A stretch of 64,000 nucleotides of DNA, taken from Epiperipatus broadwayi. Its lineage: Eukaryota > Animalia > Onychophora. This document shows positions 39,845-52,536 of this stretch, piece after piece (the first letter of the stretch is position 1; each line of letters opens with the position of its first letter). Made by a program: the position numbers and the translations under genes. The DNA lies in contig JAQFVV010000008.1 of assembly GCA_028023455.1 (NCBI GenBank), positions 17,050,001-17,114,000 on the forward strand, written 5' to 3'. The notes under the pieces are model-generated. The model saw only the letters and a program-made list of their open reading frames with translations, was not told the origin of the DNA and did no database searches.

Positions 39845-42800
39845 AAGTGCTTTCCCGAATTTAAAAAAAAAAAAAAATTTATTTTTTTTTCTTAGTTAAG
39901 GAAATATAATGTAGTTAATTTAATATTCATATGTATCATTATTATTAAAATGTAGTTTTAAGATTTATATATTTGATAATTTTATATTTAATATTTGGTA
40001 TAAAAAAAAAAAGGAAAGAAAAATTAAGATTTTTTTTGTATTAATAATAAGTCTATAATATCATGGAATTAAATCAACCAGAGAATTGCTGAAATAATCA
40101 TAGTAATATGATTAAGGTAACTTATATTTAATATGTTAAATTTCAATATTGATATTTATTAACGCAAATGCTAAATCAGGTAAACTGAATATTATATTTA
40201 TTCTGTTTATTCATGTCTGAGAAATTTTTTTTAAGGTTATGAATATATGTGTTATAAGCTGTGTCTGTGTAGATAGTATATGAATAATTGATCTCTGAAT
40301 CAGTTACAAATAATTATATGAATGTATTTTATATGTTAAATATCTGGAATCATTTGTTTGTGCAATATTTAATCTTCTTGGTGTTTCAAGAATGTTATGT
40401 TCCAAAGTTTAGAGATTATTTTATGTAGAAATGTTTAGAATTTCCTTGCAATGTTTTTTATATGTTATACAGACTATTTATGATAAACAGTTAGTGGTTC
40501 CGGAGAGTAGTATTAGGAAATCCTGTAGTGCAAGGGAATCTTTTAAATATCAATTGAAATACAGTTAACATAAGTCTGTATGTTTTTTATGATTCATGGA
40601 CAGCAGCATTTCTTTCTATAAATCAGTAAGTGCTCAGAGAAAAACTGTGATAGAAATTTAAGGTATACAAGAAAAATGTGGCCTTAACCTCGGCATCTAT
40701 GTTTTCATTGTTTTTCAGTTCTCGTAGTTTTTAATCCCTCACTTTTAATCACTACTATCATCACTGGTTCCTACATTGTGATTGGTATTTGTAAAATTGT
40801 ATGAAGAATAATAGTTAGACTCTTAAGTGTTGTTTAGAATTTTGTAAGGCAAGAAGAGCAAAATATTAAACAAATGATGTACCAACAGTGTTAAATAAAG
40901 TTTTGTGAATACTTTGATATTCCAAAAATATTCTGAGAGATCAAAAATTAGTGTGTATGTGAAAGTAATATACAAGGTATTAATGAAAATAAAACCTGAA
41001 TGTGAAGAATATCTTTGAAAATAAAGTGAATAAATATCATATATAATTTTTTGGATATTAATAAAATAATTATATGTTTATTATAGTTAAAATAAACATA
41101 AGATAAAATTTGAGTTGTAGAGTTATTACACATTATCGTATAATGGAATATTGGAATAAAGAAATTATTACTAAAGAACATTCTTTTTTTAAATGCATAA
41201 TATATCATATAAGGTATTTGTATGATGAATATGTTGAATATAAAATTTTTATAGAACTATGGGGATAAATGATCTATGATAAAAGAACATTTTATTTTAT
41301 CTGCAATTGTTAAGCATTGGTATTAAAATGTATTAATGCTTATAGAACTAGAGAAAGGTACTATGACTATAATTAGAAGAATATTTTTTTTCTATGAAAG
41401 TGTAAAATTATTTAAATGTTTAATCTAAAAAAATGCTAGAATATTTTAATAAGTGTTTTTTAATAAGTGTTCAATAGATACTATTACTTCATAATAGTAA
41501 ATGTTTTGAAGTTGAAATTATTTACTTTTTATGTAAATATAATTTTTTGAATGTAATCATTTTTTTTAATTTTATAATGATTTCATATTTGTAAATTTTA
41601 TATTGATTGTTGTAATAAATTGTTAATGTTGTTTTAAATTAATCTAATGTCTTGAGCTTTTTCTTGTTATGTCCAAATCAATGTGAATCATCCTAACCAC
41701 ACACATGCAATATAAGAATTGATTACATCTGGGTATATGTGCACATAATTTAAAGAAAATAAAATATGATTATTATATTACGATTATTGAAGATATTACA
41801 TATTAAATCTTAAGAATTGTATAATGTAAATGTTTATATCCTTACAGAGGGCGATTGACTTAGCAACGTGGACAGCTCGATCTCGGAGCTTGAGTCCATC
41901 ACGATTTTCAATTGCGTGAAGAGTTGGAGGTTGCATCCTAAAATGAGATTCTGCAGACAATCACCAACTGGTTCGGTTTCGAAATAATTTTTTTTTTCCT
42001 GTGACCCATTATCTTATTCAATAGTTATAACAAAGCTTGATGTTTTAAAATGCCAATAGGAAAACACAATGATAAATATAATGCATAATAAGATGAAATT
42101 ATTTTAAGTTTATTTAAGATAATAAATATTATTGTTGGTAGTTCATAATTTTAATTTAGTTTACTTTCTAAGTGAATTTTTTAATTAGTTTAGAAAGAAG
42201 TATTATGGAGTAGATTTATTTTTATTGATTATTGTTTTATATAACTAGGTGTACATAAAAATCCCTCATTACATGTGGCTGTATTAATTAGTGTTAATTA
42301 TAAAATAATACGAAGAATCGGAGATGATAATTATGTTTTAGATTTTATTTAAGAAAGATAGATATTTTATTAAATTAAAGAAACATAAAATAATTAAAAA
42401 CTTCAATTTAATTTTAGAACTATTAAATATAATTTATTTTTAATATTTGAGTCATGCTAGTATTACTAATAGTATAGAGAAGTAGGTAGGGATGATATTC
42501 ATATGCCATTGAGGACATATTTTAGATATGTTAAAACTACACGTGTACCTTACAAGATGCTTTTAATTACAAGTCTTGTGATTTTAATATTCAACCGAAC
42601 CATTTGTAAGAAGGTTGAGCTGGTAATTAAATTAATTCAATGTTAATTAATTGGTAATTCAATCATTAGTTAGCCAGTATTTAAATCTTTAAGTAGTTAA
42701 ATAGTTAAGTAAGTTGATTGGTAGCTGATATGAGTTATAATTAGCTTCGGTAGTTAATTAATTGGTATTTAAATTGATTACTTAATTAATAGATTATTAA

Positions 42801-43550
42801 CTTAATAGAAATTTTTTAGATTTATGATAAATCATTAATTAATTAGTGAGCAATTATTATTATATTTAGATGAGCTAGTTAGATCCACAATTGATTAGTT
42901 AGTCCATGAGTAGGTGATAACATATATATTATACAAAGGTATTAAAGTCTTTTGCTTTATATTTTGTTATGCATTCCTGACAGATACTTGATCATGAGTA
43001 TTGTAAATTTCATATAGTTTTATTGTAGAATTATGTAAATAGTATCTGAATATTAACAACATAATGATGATACTCTTTCTTATTGCCAAAACACATTATC
43101 TTTAAAAAGATCACACCCATTACAACATTAATTGCCATGTGGAATGTAATTATCATAACTATGATAACCACTACTAAAACATTAACATTTGTTCAGCTAA
43201 AGTTACATCTCTTAATATAATTGCATTTTACAATCAGTTACAAATGACTTGCTAACTTGGAGTGAAATTGTGTTTATGTCATAGTTAATGTAAGAAAATA
43301 ACTGTCCATACATATAAAAGATAGTATACATGTGTGTGTGTGTGCATTAATTTTGATTCACTGCAATTTACTGCCAAATGCAAGCCATGATCATCACATT
43401 CTCAGTTAACTTTATACTATATATAATTAATTTGTACTATCACAATATATATATGTATAAATAGATGAGCATGTAGTTGTATCATCAGAGGTACAAATAG
43501 ATGCACAGATTGATTGACCTATAGCTATCAGATAAATAAATTTCAATTAC

Positions 43551-43707
43551 TTTTTGGGTCTTCAAATGTTATAACTGCTTTTCTTTTACTTAACATTTTA
43601 ACTTCTTTAACATCACCTCCATTATTACGCCTTTTCTGAAAATGAATTGTAAGTGTTTCATCAGTTACATTATCTGGAAGACCACTTACACAGATGCTAT
43701 CAATATC
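43551..43707 (-). CDS. Internal exon encoding a PARP10/PARP14/NMI/RBM43-type RRM
   Basis: Pyrimidine-rich tract and ag|gat acceptor; a|gtaatt donor. Open 52-codon frame DIDSICVSGLPDNVTDETLTIHFQKRRNNGGDVKEVKMLSKRKAVITFEDPK matches the V.GLP...E.L..HF...R..GG.V......A.ITFED pattern. Confidence 0.8.
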
Positions 43708-44329
43708 CTAATAAAATAAAATAAATAAATAAAAAAAAAGAAATTAATATATTAAAGAGTATATAAAATAATTCAAAATATCTGAACAAACTAAAAGCAA
43801 CAAAATAAGCAAACTGTTAAAGACATAGGAAATCAAGTATTAATAATAAAATAGACTTTAATATGAATCATTTTCTTATCTTCACTCGCCCGAGATAAGA
43901 TAAACATTAACTGAACTGAGAAATAATTTTAATTCCTGATTAATGATCAATGACTTTGATTATAATATATACTTGGTTTTTAGAAACATGTCAATAAAAG
44001 TAAAAAAAAAACTTAGCAAAAAATACCACTGTCAATTAATTAATCAAAGGCAAAACTCTCCATAAAGTAGTGCCACCTAGTGCAAGTCAGAGTAATAAAT
44101 AGATGCAAGAAGGTTTGGAGATAAAATTCCTATCTAGTGCATACCCGTCCAATACCCCAGATTAATTTCTAGCTTGTAGTTTTCAACTTGTGTAAGCATA
44201 GAGGATAATGATCATTTAATGTTCAGCAGTTTATTAATCTCTAGCATGCATGGAATAGTAATTTTTGTAAAAAATGTATTTGGAGTAACATGGTTAACCA
44301 TTTTTTTCCTCCTATTTATAAAGAGAAAT

Positions 44330-44760
44330 AATTGTCCCCAGCAGAAATCAAAAATAACACAATCAATATATCTAATAAAGTTTAATCATTAGACAAGGTT
44401 TTGATCTATTCTCATCAAGAAAAAAATCTCTCCAAATAACTATTAAAGTATATGTTTTAAAAATGAATTTTTGGGGGGCAACTTAATTCAAAAGCCAACA
44501 TTTATTAGGAGTTTGTGTAGCAAAAATGTTTCCAATTATATGCCCAATTTTTAATTATTCACCGATAATGGTATTTAAAGTAGTTTCCTATGTGTGACTT
44601 TCAATATTAATTTCATTCAATTGTTTATCTAGGTCTATAAGATATTTGCAACAAATAAACTTTCATCAGGAGGCAGAGGAATATATTTGACAATCTTTAA
44701 CTGCTTTGTCAATAGAAATTACGCAAGTGAATTTATAGTTAAATAATACATTTCAGGTAC
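44330..44760 (-). pseudogene. Degraded Gypsy integrase N-terminal/core remnant
   Basis: IDKAVKDCQI (zinc-finger end) followed by TPNKCWLLN.VAP...YTLIVI. Confidence 0.45.
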
Positions 44761-45694
44761 TATCAAAATTTAGGTTAAAAATATACTTTTATTTTAATTT
44801 TTTTAAATCTCAAAAAGAAAATACACCAATGTTTCAATGCTGCATAATTCTGTGTCTGCTACTATATTTTAAACATATTTCAGAACAAAATTATATACTA
44901 AGTACATAATTTTCTACATTACACAAGAAAGAGATATTAAATGCTAAACCAGAGGATTCATATAATCAATGGGTATTTATTATCAAATTTTATTATTGTT
45001 ATTGTTGCTGCTATTTGTCACTTTAATACATTAAAATCTTTATTTTGTTTACTTAATATTTATAATTAAGATTTTACTACTAATAATATATCTGAATTAG
45101 ATTTTTAAAAATTATCAATAATCTTGCAAGATAATATGGCATATAGACAATAATTGGCATATACATACAGTAATAAATTGAACTGAAGAAGGGATGATGA
45201 TGATGATAATAATAATAATAATAATGTTTCAACAATAATATTTATTAATCCTTTGAGTTACATAGCATTACATAACCCTGATCATAAGAGTTACAAGTAC
45301 AATCATATACAGGATTTTTATATGGATTAATTTTAACAGTTACTTTAATCAAATTGCAAGGTATATTGTTTACAAATGCTGCTACTAGTTTTGGATACAG
45401 AGATGAATATTAAGTTTACCCATTAAAGTCTTAAAAAACAGTTCAATATAAAACTCAGTTTCATAGATAGATAGATACGATCTAAGATTGTAAAATCTGG
45501 CATCATATTGAAAGTTGCTTACAGTAACTAAATTAATCTTGATTATATTGTTCTTTTAATTATTAATCTTAGAGTATAATAGGAAGAACTTATAATTCAT
45601 GTGGTATAAAATCAAGTTATGGGTACTGTATGAAGAATAAAGACAGTTATAGAGTAAAACTGCATATGGTGACCAGATACATCCATCACCAGAC

Positions 45695-46100
45695 TACAGT
45701 AGCAGTAATAGTAGTATACTACTAATAGTAATACTAGTAGTAGTACTAACAGTAATAGTACTACTATTAATAGTATTAGTCCCACTAGTAGTAGTAATAA
45801 TACTAATAGTTCTAGTAGTAGTAGTAGAACTAGTAATATTAGTAGTATTAGTACTAATAGTAATAGAAGTAATATTAATATTTCTTCTACTAGTAGTATT
45901 AATACTACTAGCAGTTGTAATAATAGTATTAGTAATATTAGTAGTAATTCTGGTAGTAGTAGTACTAATAGTAAATAGAAATGGTAGCAGCAGCCACAGT
46001 AATATTAGTACTAGGAATACCAATAGTAGTAGTAGTAGTGGAACAAGTAGTAGTAGGAGCAGCAGAAACAGTAGTAATAATAGTATTTAATGATGATGAT
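45695..46100. repeat. Degenerate (AGT/AAT/ACT)n trinucleotide tract
   Basis: About 400 bp of agtagt/aatagt/actaat units. Confidence 0.95.
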
Positions 46101-46479
46101 GTCTCAGAAGGAAATTTTATTAATAAGTAAAGGGTTACATTTATTATTGCCACTCTGCATATATATGTATACATTGCAAGTGAAAGAATAAAGTAAATGT
46201 GTATACATTAAGGAAACTAGGAGTTGACTATGTTGTAGTTGTTTGCAGTATTTTTACAGGATTATATTTGGGGGAGTGGGGACTACAATATTCATTTGCT
46301 AATTTACATTTATATATATTTTATACAATTACCTTTAACTTTTTTGGGGGATGGTACAGATACATATGTATATATTACATGTTTTTTCGAGTTCTTTAAT
46401 GAAATTTAGTCTTCATTTTACTTGTTAGATATTTGTGAGTGATAGTTCATGTTATATGAGTTTTCAAATATTTTGTATC

Positions 46480-49400
46480 ATCACTGTTAGGTAGCAATCA
46501 CCAACATATTTGTTGTGATGCTGATTTTGGTATGCTCTTTGGTATTTAAATCTTGATTGTGTTCTTGCAGTCCTTGAGATCATGAGAATGCAGTCAGATG
46601 AAAATTCTCGATATTTCAGTTGTTGTCTAATGAACATCTTATTGGGGAAATGCTTGTTGATGACATTGATTGGTAGAAACATAGTGGTCAGTTAGAGATT
46701 TGTTTGCTTTAAGTGACCAGGTTGCTGTGAAGATGTCAAGATGTGCAATTTTATTATCTCTGGCTCTTAATTTTGCCAATTTGATATTAAATGTTGATGG
46801 ATGGTACTCTATAGTGTCTCCTAAGGTGAATGTGCAATGAATGCACCAATACACATAGAGCACAAGTGGTTGCGCGGATTGATGAGACAGAACCTTTGTG
46901 ATATGAGTCAATGATTGCCTTAAGGGTGGTGTTGGGTTATCTATAGACTCTGGTTATGTTATAATGAATTCTGTTCAGTGATGAATAATGATAGAATAGA
47001 TGTAGTTCCTGTTTTTTCTGTTCTGTGGCACAGGGGTCAAAAGGAATCAACAGTGGAGTATAGCTGCTGTATCTCAGAAAATATGATGGGCAGGGCATGA
47101 AGGTTTAATCTTAGCAAAAAGTCAAAGTACTTTAGCCTTAAAGATCATTTTTTGAACTTATGTGGTAATTGTTGATTCTAAGCATTGTCAGATTGGAGTC
47201 ATGGTGCAGATTTGGATGGATAAATAAATAAGTTTACCAATAGGTATACTTGTACATTAGTTTGAAGAGATATCTATGAGGATGTGGTTTTTATATAATT
47301 AATGATGGAAGATAGTTGGTCATATGCAGGGTTGGCCTATCTGTTGGTGCACTGCAGCATTGGAAAATTGTTTTGGAGTGTAAAAATTATTAGCTTTGTG
47401 GCATTCTGCAGATGAAAAATATGAATGATGTGGTCTAAGTCTGTTGTGAATAGGTAGGCTGCTAAGCTGTTTTGCAGATATGGACACTGTCTTCCTCCAC
47501 CACAAAAGCTTGTTGAAAGAAAAAAAATTTTGATTGCAGAACCTTTAGAAAAAGTAATAATGAAGGAATAATATGTGATTTTGTTTGTGATTAGTTAGTT
47601 AAATAGCTAGATCTTGGAATTTATGGAGATACGCCTTTGAGAGTGAGTTAGTGATTCACTGTTTCTTCTGTGAGCTTGTTCAGGATTTTTCACCTCATCG
47701 CATTTGCACTCATATAAAAAAAAAACCAGAAAGTGGACAGCTTTCCCCATATATATGTCTATGCATGGTCTGTTCTTATAAAGAGACCAAACAGAAGTCT
47801 TATTTAGATTGACATTGAGTTTATGTGTAGCTGAAAATTCTTGTAGTATTCTATGTAAGGCTGACATTTTTTGGATGAGAGGAAGACAGTTATGTCATCC
47901 ATATAGGTGATGCAGTTTACCTGCTGAGATGTGGTTCTATTTATTAAGTGAGTAAATATTTTGTGTATCTTCACTAATAGTAGGTTGATATACAAAGTTA
48001 ATAGTAATGAACTTAGAGGATGAGAGATTGTGTTGGACTGAAGGGTATGGAATTTTTGCTACTGAGTGTGATATGGATTTCACAAGTCAGCAGCAAGTTA
48101 GTCTGCACATATAGAAGAAAACAAAGTATTGTGCTAGTGGCCAACATGTCAATTAATACCTTGTTGCCATGAAGTCAAAGACTACCTCAATGCCTATCTG
48201 GACTGCAACTGGAAAATATTTTTATGGCCTCGCAGTGACCTCAAAACTGCTTTGAATATAAGCACTGCTTGTCCTGTTGATTGCTTTCTTGCAAACTGAT
48301 TTAGTGAAATCAAAGGGAGCAGATGTGGCTCAATCTTGTCTTTAATAATTTTCTCAATGATCTTGATGGTTAAATGACCCATGGAGACAGGCTGAAAGTT
48401 GTTAAGGGTGGTTATTGAAATTGATTTGTTGTTGAAATACAATATTGTGATTGGATAAAGGTTCTAAATGTTGTAAATTTTTTGTGATAGTTCGCAGGAG
48501 TGGTGCTCAAACACAAAAATTTTGATATGCCATGAATACCTGGATGACATGCATTGGGCAGAATAGCAAGCAAATTTTATTGCAAATTCATTAGTGGTGA
48601 ATGGTGTTTGTTTCAAAAGATGGAAAAAGGATTGATGAGTTTGAAGCTTCTGTTTAAAATACTTATATATAGCCTCAGTCATATTATGCACTGTGTGTGT
48701 GAATGTTCCAATTCAAAAATTTATGGGCACTCTAATGTTGGAGGGAAAGTCCAGGGACCATCTGGTGTAGATTCTAGTCCATATATGCTGTAGACTGAGG
48801 AATTTTGCTTGTTTTGATGGATAACTAGTTTTTAACTGCCACATGTTGTTATATGCAGGGGTGAGCTTCAGTATATGCTGGTATGTACTGTAAGTTCAGA
48901 CATTGCTATTCACTTATGTAATTCATCAGTCAGAGCTAAAAGCCTGGAAGGTGGAGGTGTATTTCCGATGATGTAAGCAATTTTAAATGTAAGTATATTT
49001 ATGTAGGCCTGGTATCTTTGCACAACACTTAGTTGTAGTTCTTCAAGATTATGGAACAGTATGTGTTGCAGAAAAAAGGAATTTTTAGAGTGGATGCAGG
49101 GAGTAGAATTCTCATTATTTTCCCAAAGGGCAATGTAGTTAACTGAATTTCAGCTAGGTTGAGAGTTGCAATTTGTACAGTGGTCTGAGAATGGAGATGG
49201 ATTGAGATTCAGGGTGATGTAATGATGCAGCATTGCTGAATAAAGCCAAAGGTCAATTAATGATGTGTGGTTGTTATGGAATGTTGCTGTGGTGTTAGAA
49301 AACCTTCAGCATTCTCGAGTGGTATAGTTATTTGATAAAACCATTTGGAGATAAAGTCTGTGCACTTCATATTAAAATTTCCCATAACATTGATTGGATA

Positions 49401-50990
49401 AGGGGTTGATGGTGTGATGTTGAATATGATGTTTCCAGGTGGAATATAGGGTATATGTTACGACTGGTTGCATGGTGGTGAAAGGTTGCTATTAACAGAT
49501 TTGCATCAATATATATATATGATCTTGAATGAATGTGAATAGGACAGTTTAGACTTATAAGTAGACTAGTGCCACCTGAAGTGATGACATGTCCCTTAAG
49601 CAAGCAATAAAGTCCTCAGTGTGAAGATGCACTGCAGGATCAATCTGTGATCCACTGTATATTTTTGTCTCCAGAAGTTTTAATATGTGTGGTTGTGTGA
49701 TTCTAGTCCATTGCCTAAGGTGGTGCACTTTGTTCACTGAGTTTAAACCATGCACATTAAAAACTGTTATTCCGACTTTGGGGGTGTTTGCAATGTCGAT
49801 GGCTGTTTTTCAGTATGCAAGCTGTATGTTTAGTGGAGATTCACAGGTTAGTTGGACAGGAGTGATGTCCATTGGTATTAAGACTTCTATTTGAAAGCTG
49901 GTTACTGATGATAAACTGTTATACTCTTCTGATTGTTTTTATTTCTTTTTGGACAACCTGATCTTCTTTTTGTTTCTATTGTGTTTAGTTCAACTTGTGG
50001 AAGGCAGGGTATGAATATGTCTATGATATATGCTCATTTGTTATGCATGATGTTTGTTTTGATGGTTTTTGTGTCTCACTGGAGGTGATTTGTGATAGTT
50101 CAGTTGGGTTGCTACATGCATCTTTCAAGTGTATATTTTGAAATTCATGTATGTTGTTTGGAGCTATTTTAGTGGCATTTGAATCTATGTCCTATACATT
50201 GTTTGATTCATCTACAGTTTTGTTATATGTGTTTGCAGTTTTATCTAGCTGGGGGGGGGGGGTGATTTTTCAGATCAAGGAGTCATTTGAATATAGTTAT
50301 TTATATCTGGATTTATGTTAACTGTGTATGTGTGTTTGTTATCTTGCCTGTGTGTTTGAGATCATTTGTCTGTTGTGATTGTGGACTCTTGTGTCTGTCA
50401 CATTGTGTTGTAAGGTAACCACACACTTCCCATATGTGTAGCTTTGAGATTTGAATCTCTTTAAGAGCTTTAGCATCACGTCCTGATTTGGAATCTGCAT
50501 GGGAATATTTTTGGACCCATTTCTGGATGCAATCTCAGCTTGAAATCAAAGCTGTTGCTATAAACTAGCACCAATGGATCAGGTAAATTGAATTGAAAGC
50601 TATGACTTTATCAAATGACTGTATCATTTTCTGAAAGCTTTTGATGTCATATCCAAAGAATGCATTTTTGGGTATGCTGGTGATCTGGTTATGTTGATTT
50701 GAATTAACTAGGATACATGCATAATTGCCTAAAGTTTTAATAGTAGTTTGAAACCAGGACTTTTGGTTTTCTTGATAAAATCTGAAGACTAATACTGTGA
50801 ATTAGGATGATCAGAAATTTCTAGTGCTGTGTCCCAAAGCCCATGTAAAGTTATTGCATCATAGAGCAAATCCCTGGAAAATTTGAATAGGGATATATTA
50901 GCATCTATAGCTGATATTATTAGATGCAAGTGAAAAAAATCTTTTAAATGATGCACATAGGCCACTTGAAATCGAATTGTTAAACTTTTC
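46480..50990 (-). mobile_element. Near full-length degraded LINE (L1/Tx1-like)
   Basis: ORF1 CCHC-knuckle remnants (~50400-50500); APE start ITVFNVHGLNSVNK..ETK (~49670-49775); RT NFQPVSM..KIIEKII, NQF..ST, YMDD (47894-47905) and NVNLNKT; C-terminal CIHC...DTIEYH (~46810-46850). Boundaries are approximate. Confidence 0.8.
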
Positions 50991-51289
50991 ATTAATTAAT
51001 TTAAAATCATTGTTATACCAATTTGTAATTAAAATTACGAATTTATCTGTTGTATATTTTGTTAATTAATTAAAAAAAGGACAGATTTTTAAGTGAAAAT
51101 TTTTGACTAAAAATAACCCACAAGGTGAGAATTCTGTTTGTAAAATAAAATTAATTAAAAGTGGGGGGAGGGCGTGGAAAAAAAGTATAAATTATGGAGT
51201 CTTCTTTTGTTTGGATTATTAAAAAGGATTTTTATTAAAACTTTTTGATTGAAAGTTATTGCTGCAAGTTACTATGAAAATGTTCTCTG

Positions 51290-51470
51290 ACTCGACAGAA
51301 TCAAGGATTTCTCTCCCGGGGAAAAACCCTATCTTCCTAGCTGCACCTGATGTATGCTGAGGAATTTCCATCTCCGGAAAAGTGTAAAGTCAGCCAGCTA
51401 GTCAAGAGTGTTTCAAGAAGAAAGAGGACTAAGGTGATTCATGCAAGAAGTTACTGAAAAATGCCAACCC
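51290..51470 (+). pseudogene. Possible Gypsy integrase C-terminal (GPY/F) remnant
   Basis: KDFSPGEKPYL ... LVKSVSRRKRTKVIHA across frameshifts. Confidence 0.4.
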
Positions 51471-51620
51471 ATGGATAATATCCTTCTGATTAAATATGAC
51501 AAACTGATAGTCACTCAATACTTGGAAAATGTTGGTCAATGCCAATTTAATTCATTTTAACAGAAGATTAATGAATAGGTAATTATAAACTGTTTATAAA
51601 GTGAACTTTACTACCACAAT

Positions 51621-51725
51621 ATAGAAAAATGCAATTATAGACTCAATCAGTTATGTTTTATGTGTATACGCTATAGAAAAATACAATTATAGACTCAATC
51701 AATTATGTTTTATGTGTATACGCTA
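51621..51725 (+). repeat. 52-bp tandem duplication
   Basis: atagaaaaat.caattatagactcaatca.ttatgttttatgtgtatacgct occurs twice. Confidence 0.95.
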
Positions 51726-52425
51726 TTTTAGACTGTAAATGTTTCAACAATAGAGTGTGGGGTTACTTTTAATAATCTACCCAGTAAAATAGATCTTTAG
51801 AATAAAATGATTTCATTAATTTTGACATAATTTTGGAAGGTTATATTTTTATATTTATTTCATTTTTTTACATATTTTTTAAAATCTTTATTATATGTGT
51901 GTGTATGTAGACTTTTGGGTTCACAAATATAAAGTGATCGATCTTTGAGAGGTAAAAGTAGATTGAAATCAAGTTAAAATATGGCTATAAGACACAAAGA
52001 CACTTATGCCATAATTAGTGTACATAAAAGCAAAATTGATGGATATAAGATACAAAGACAGTTACGCTGTCATTTAGTGGTCAAGATTAATTTATTTAAG
52101 ATTAGCAATGTAGAGATTTTGGGTTAAACTAGACACAGTTAATTCATTATTATAATATGTCTAGTCTTTTTCTTCTATTTGGACAGGATTCTAGTTGTAT
52201 TGTAGGCTAGTGAAGGGCATATTTTCCTTGGGAAAGATAATTATAATGTTAAATTAAGGGTATCATTAAACAACTGGTAAGCATTGCGCTAATCAGAAAG
52301 TATTTTATTTTAAAATAGATAGAGTTATTTCAGATTTCAGTTAGATGTGATAGAGAAGGGAAATGAAAAAAGATATAATAAAGAGTATTAAATATTCGTG
52401 CTTGCATGTCTCTTTGGTTGTTTTA

Positions 52426-52536
52426 GAATATAACTATAATATTGAAAATAATTGCATCCTCTGGAAAGAGAATTTACCAGAATTATTAAAAGCCATGAAA
52501 GATTTTGCTATAAAAATATTATGTGGTCATGTTACA
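52426..52536 (+). pseudogene. Possible hAT transposase dimerisation-domain remnant
   Basis: ILWKENLPELLKAMKDFAIKILC loosely resembles L.FWK......P.L..FA..IL. Confidence 0.3.

Noticed and set aside
45183-45230. ctgaaga as a hammerhead core
   Set aside because: No stem II or GAAA follows. It runs into a (GAT)n(AAT)n microsatellite, probably a retroposon tail.
45694-46174. Thr/Ser/Ile-rich ORFs (109 and 69 aa) resembling mucins
   Set aside because: They are translations of the degenerate trinucleotide tract, with no splice or composition support.
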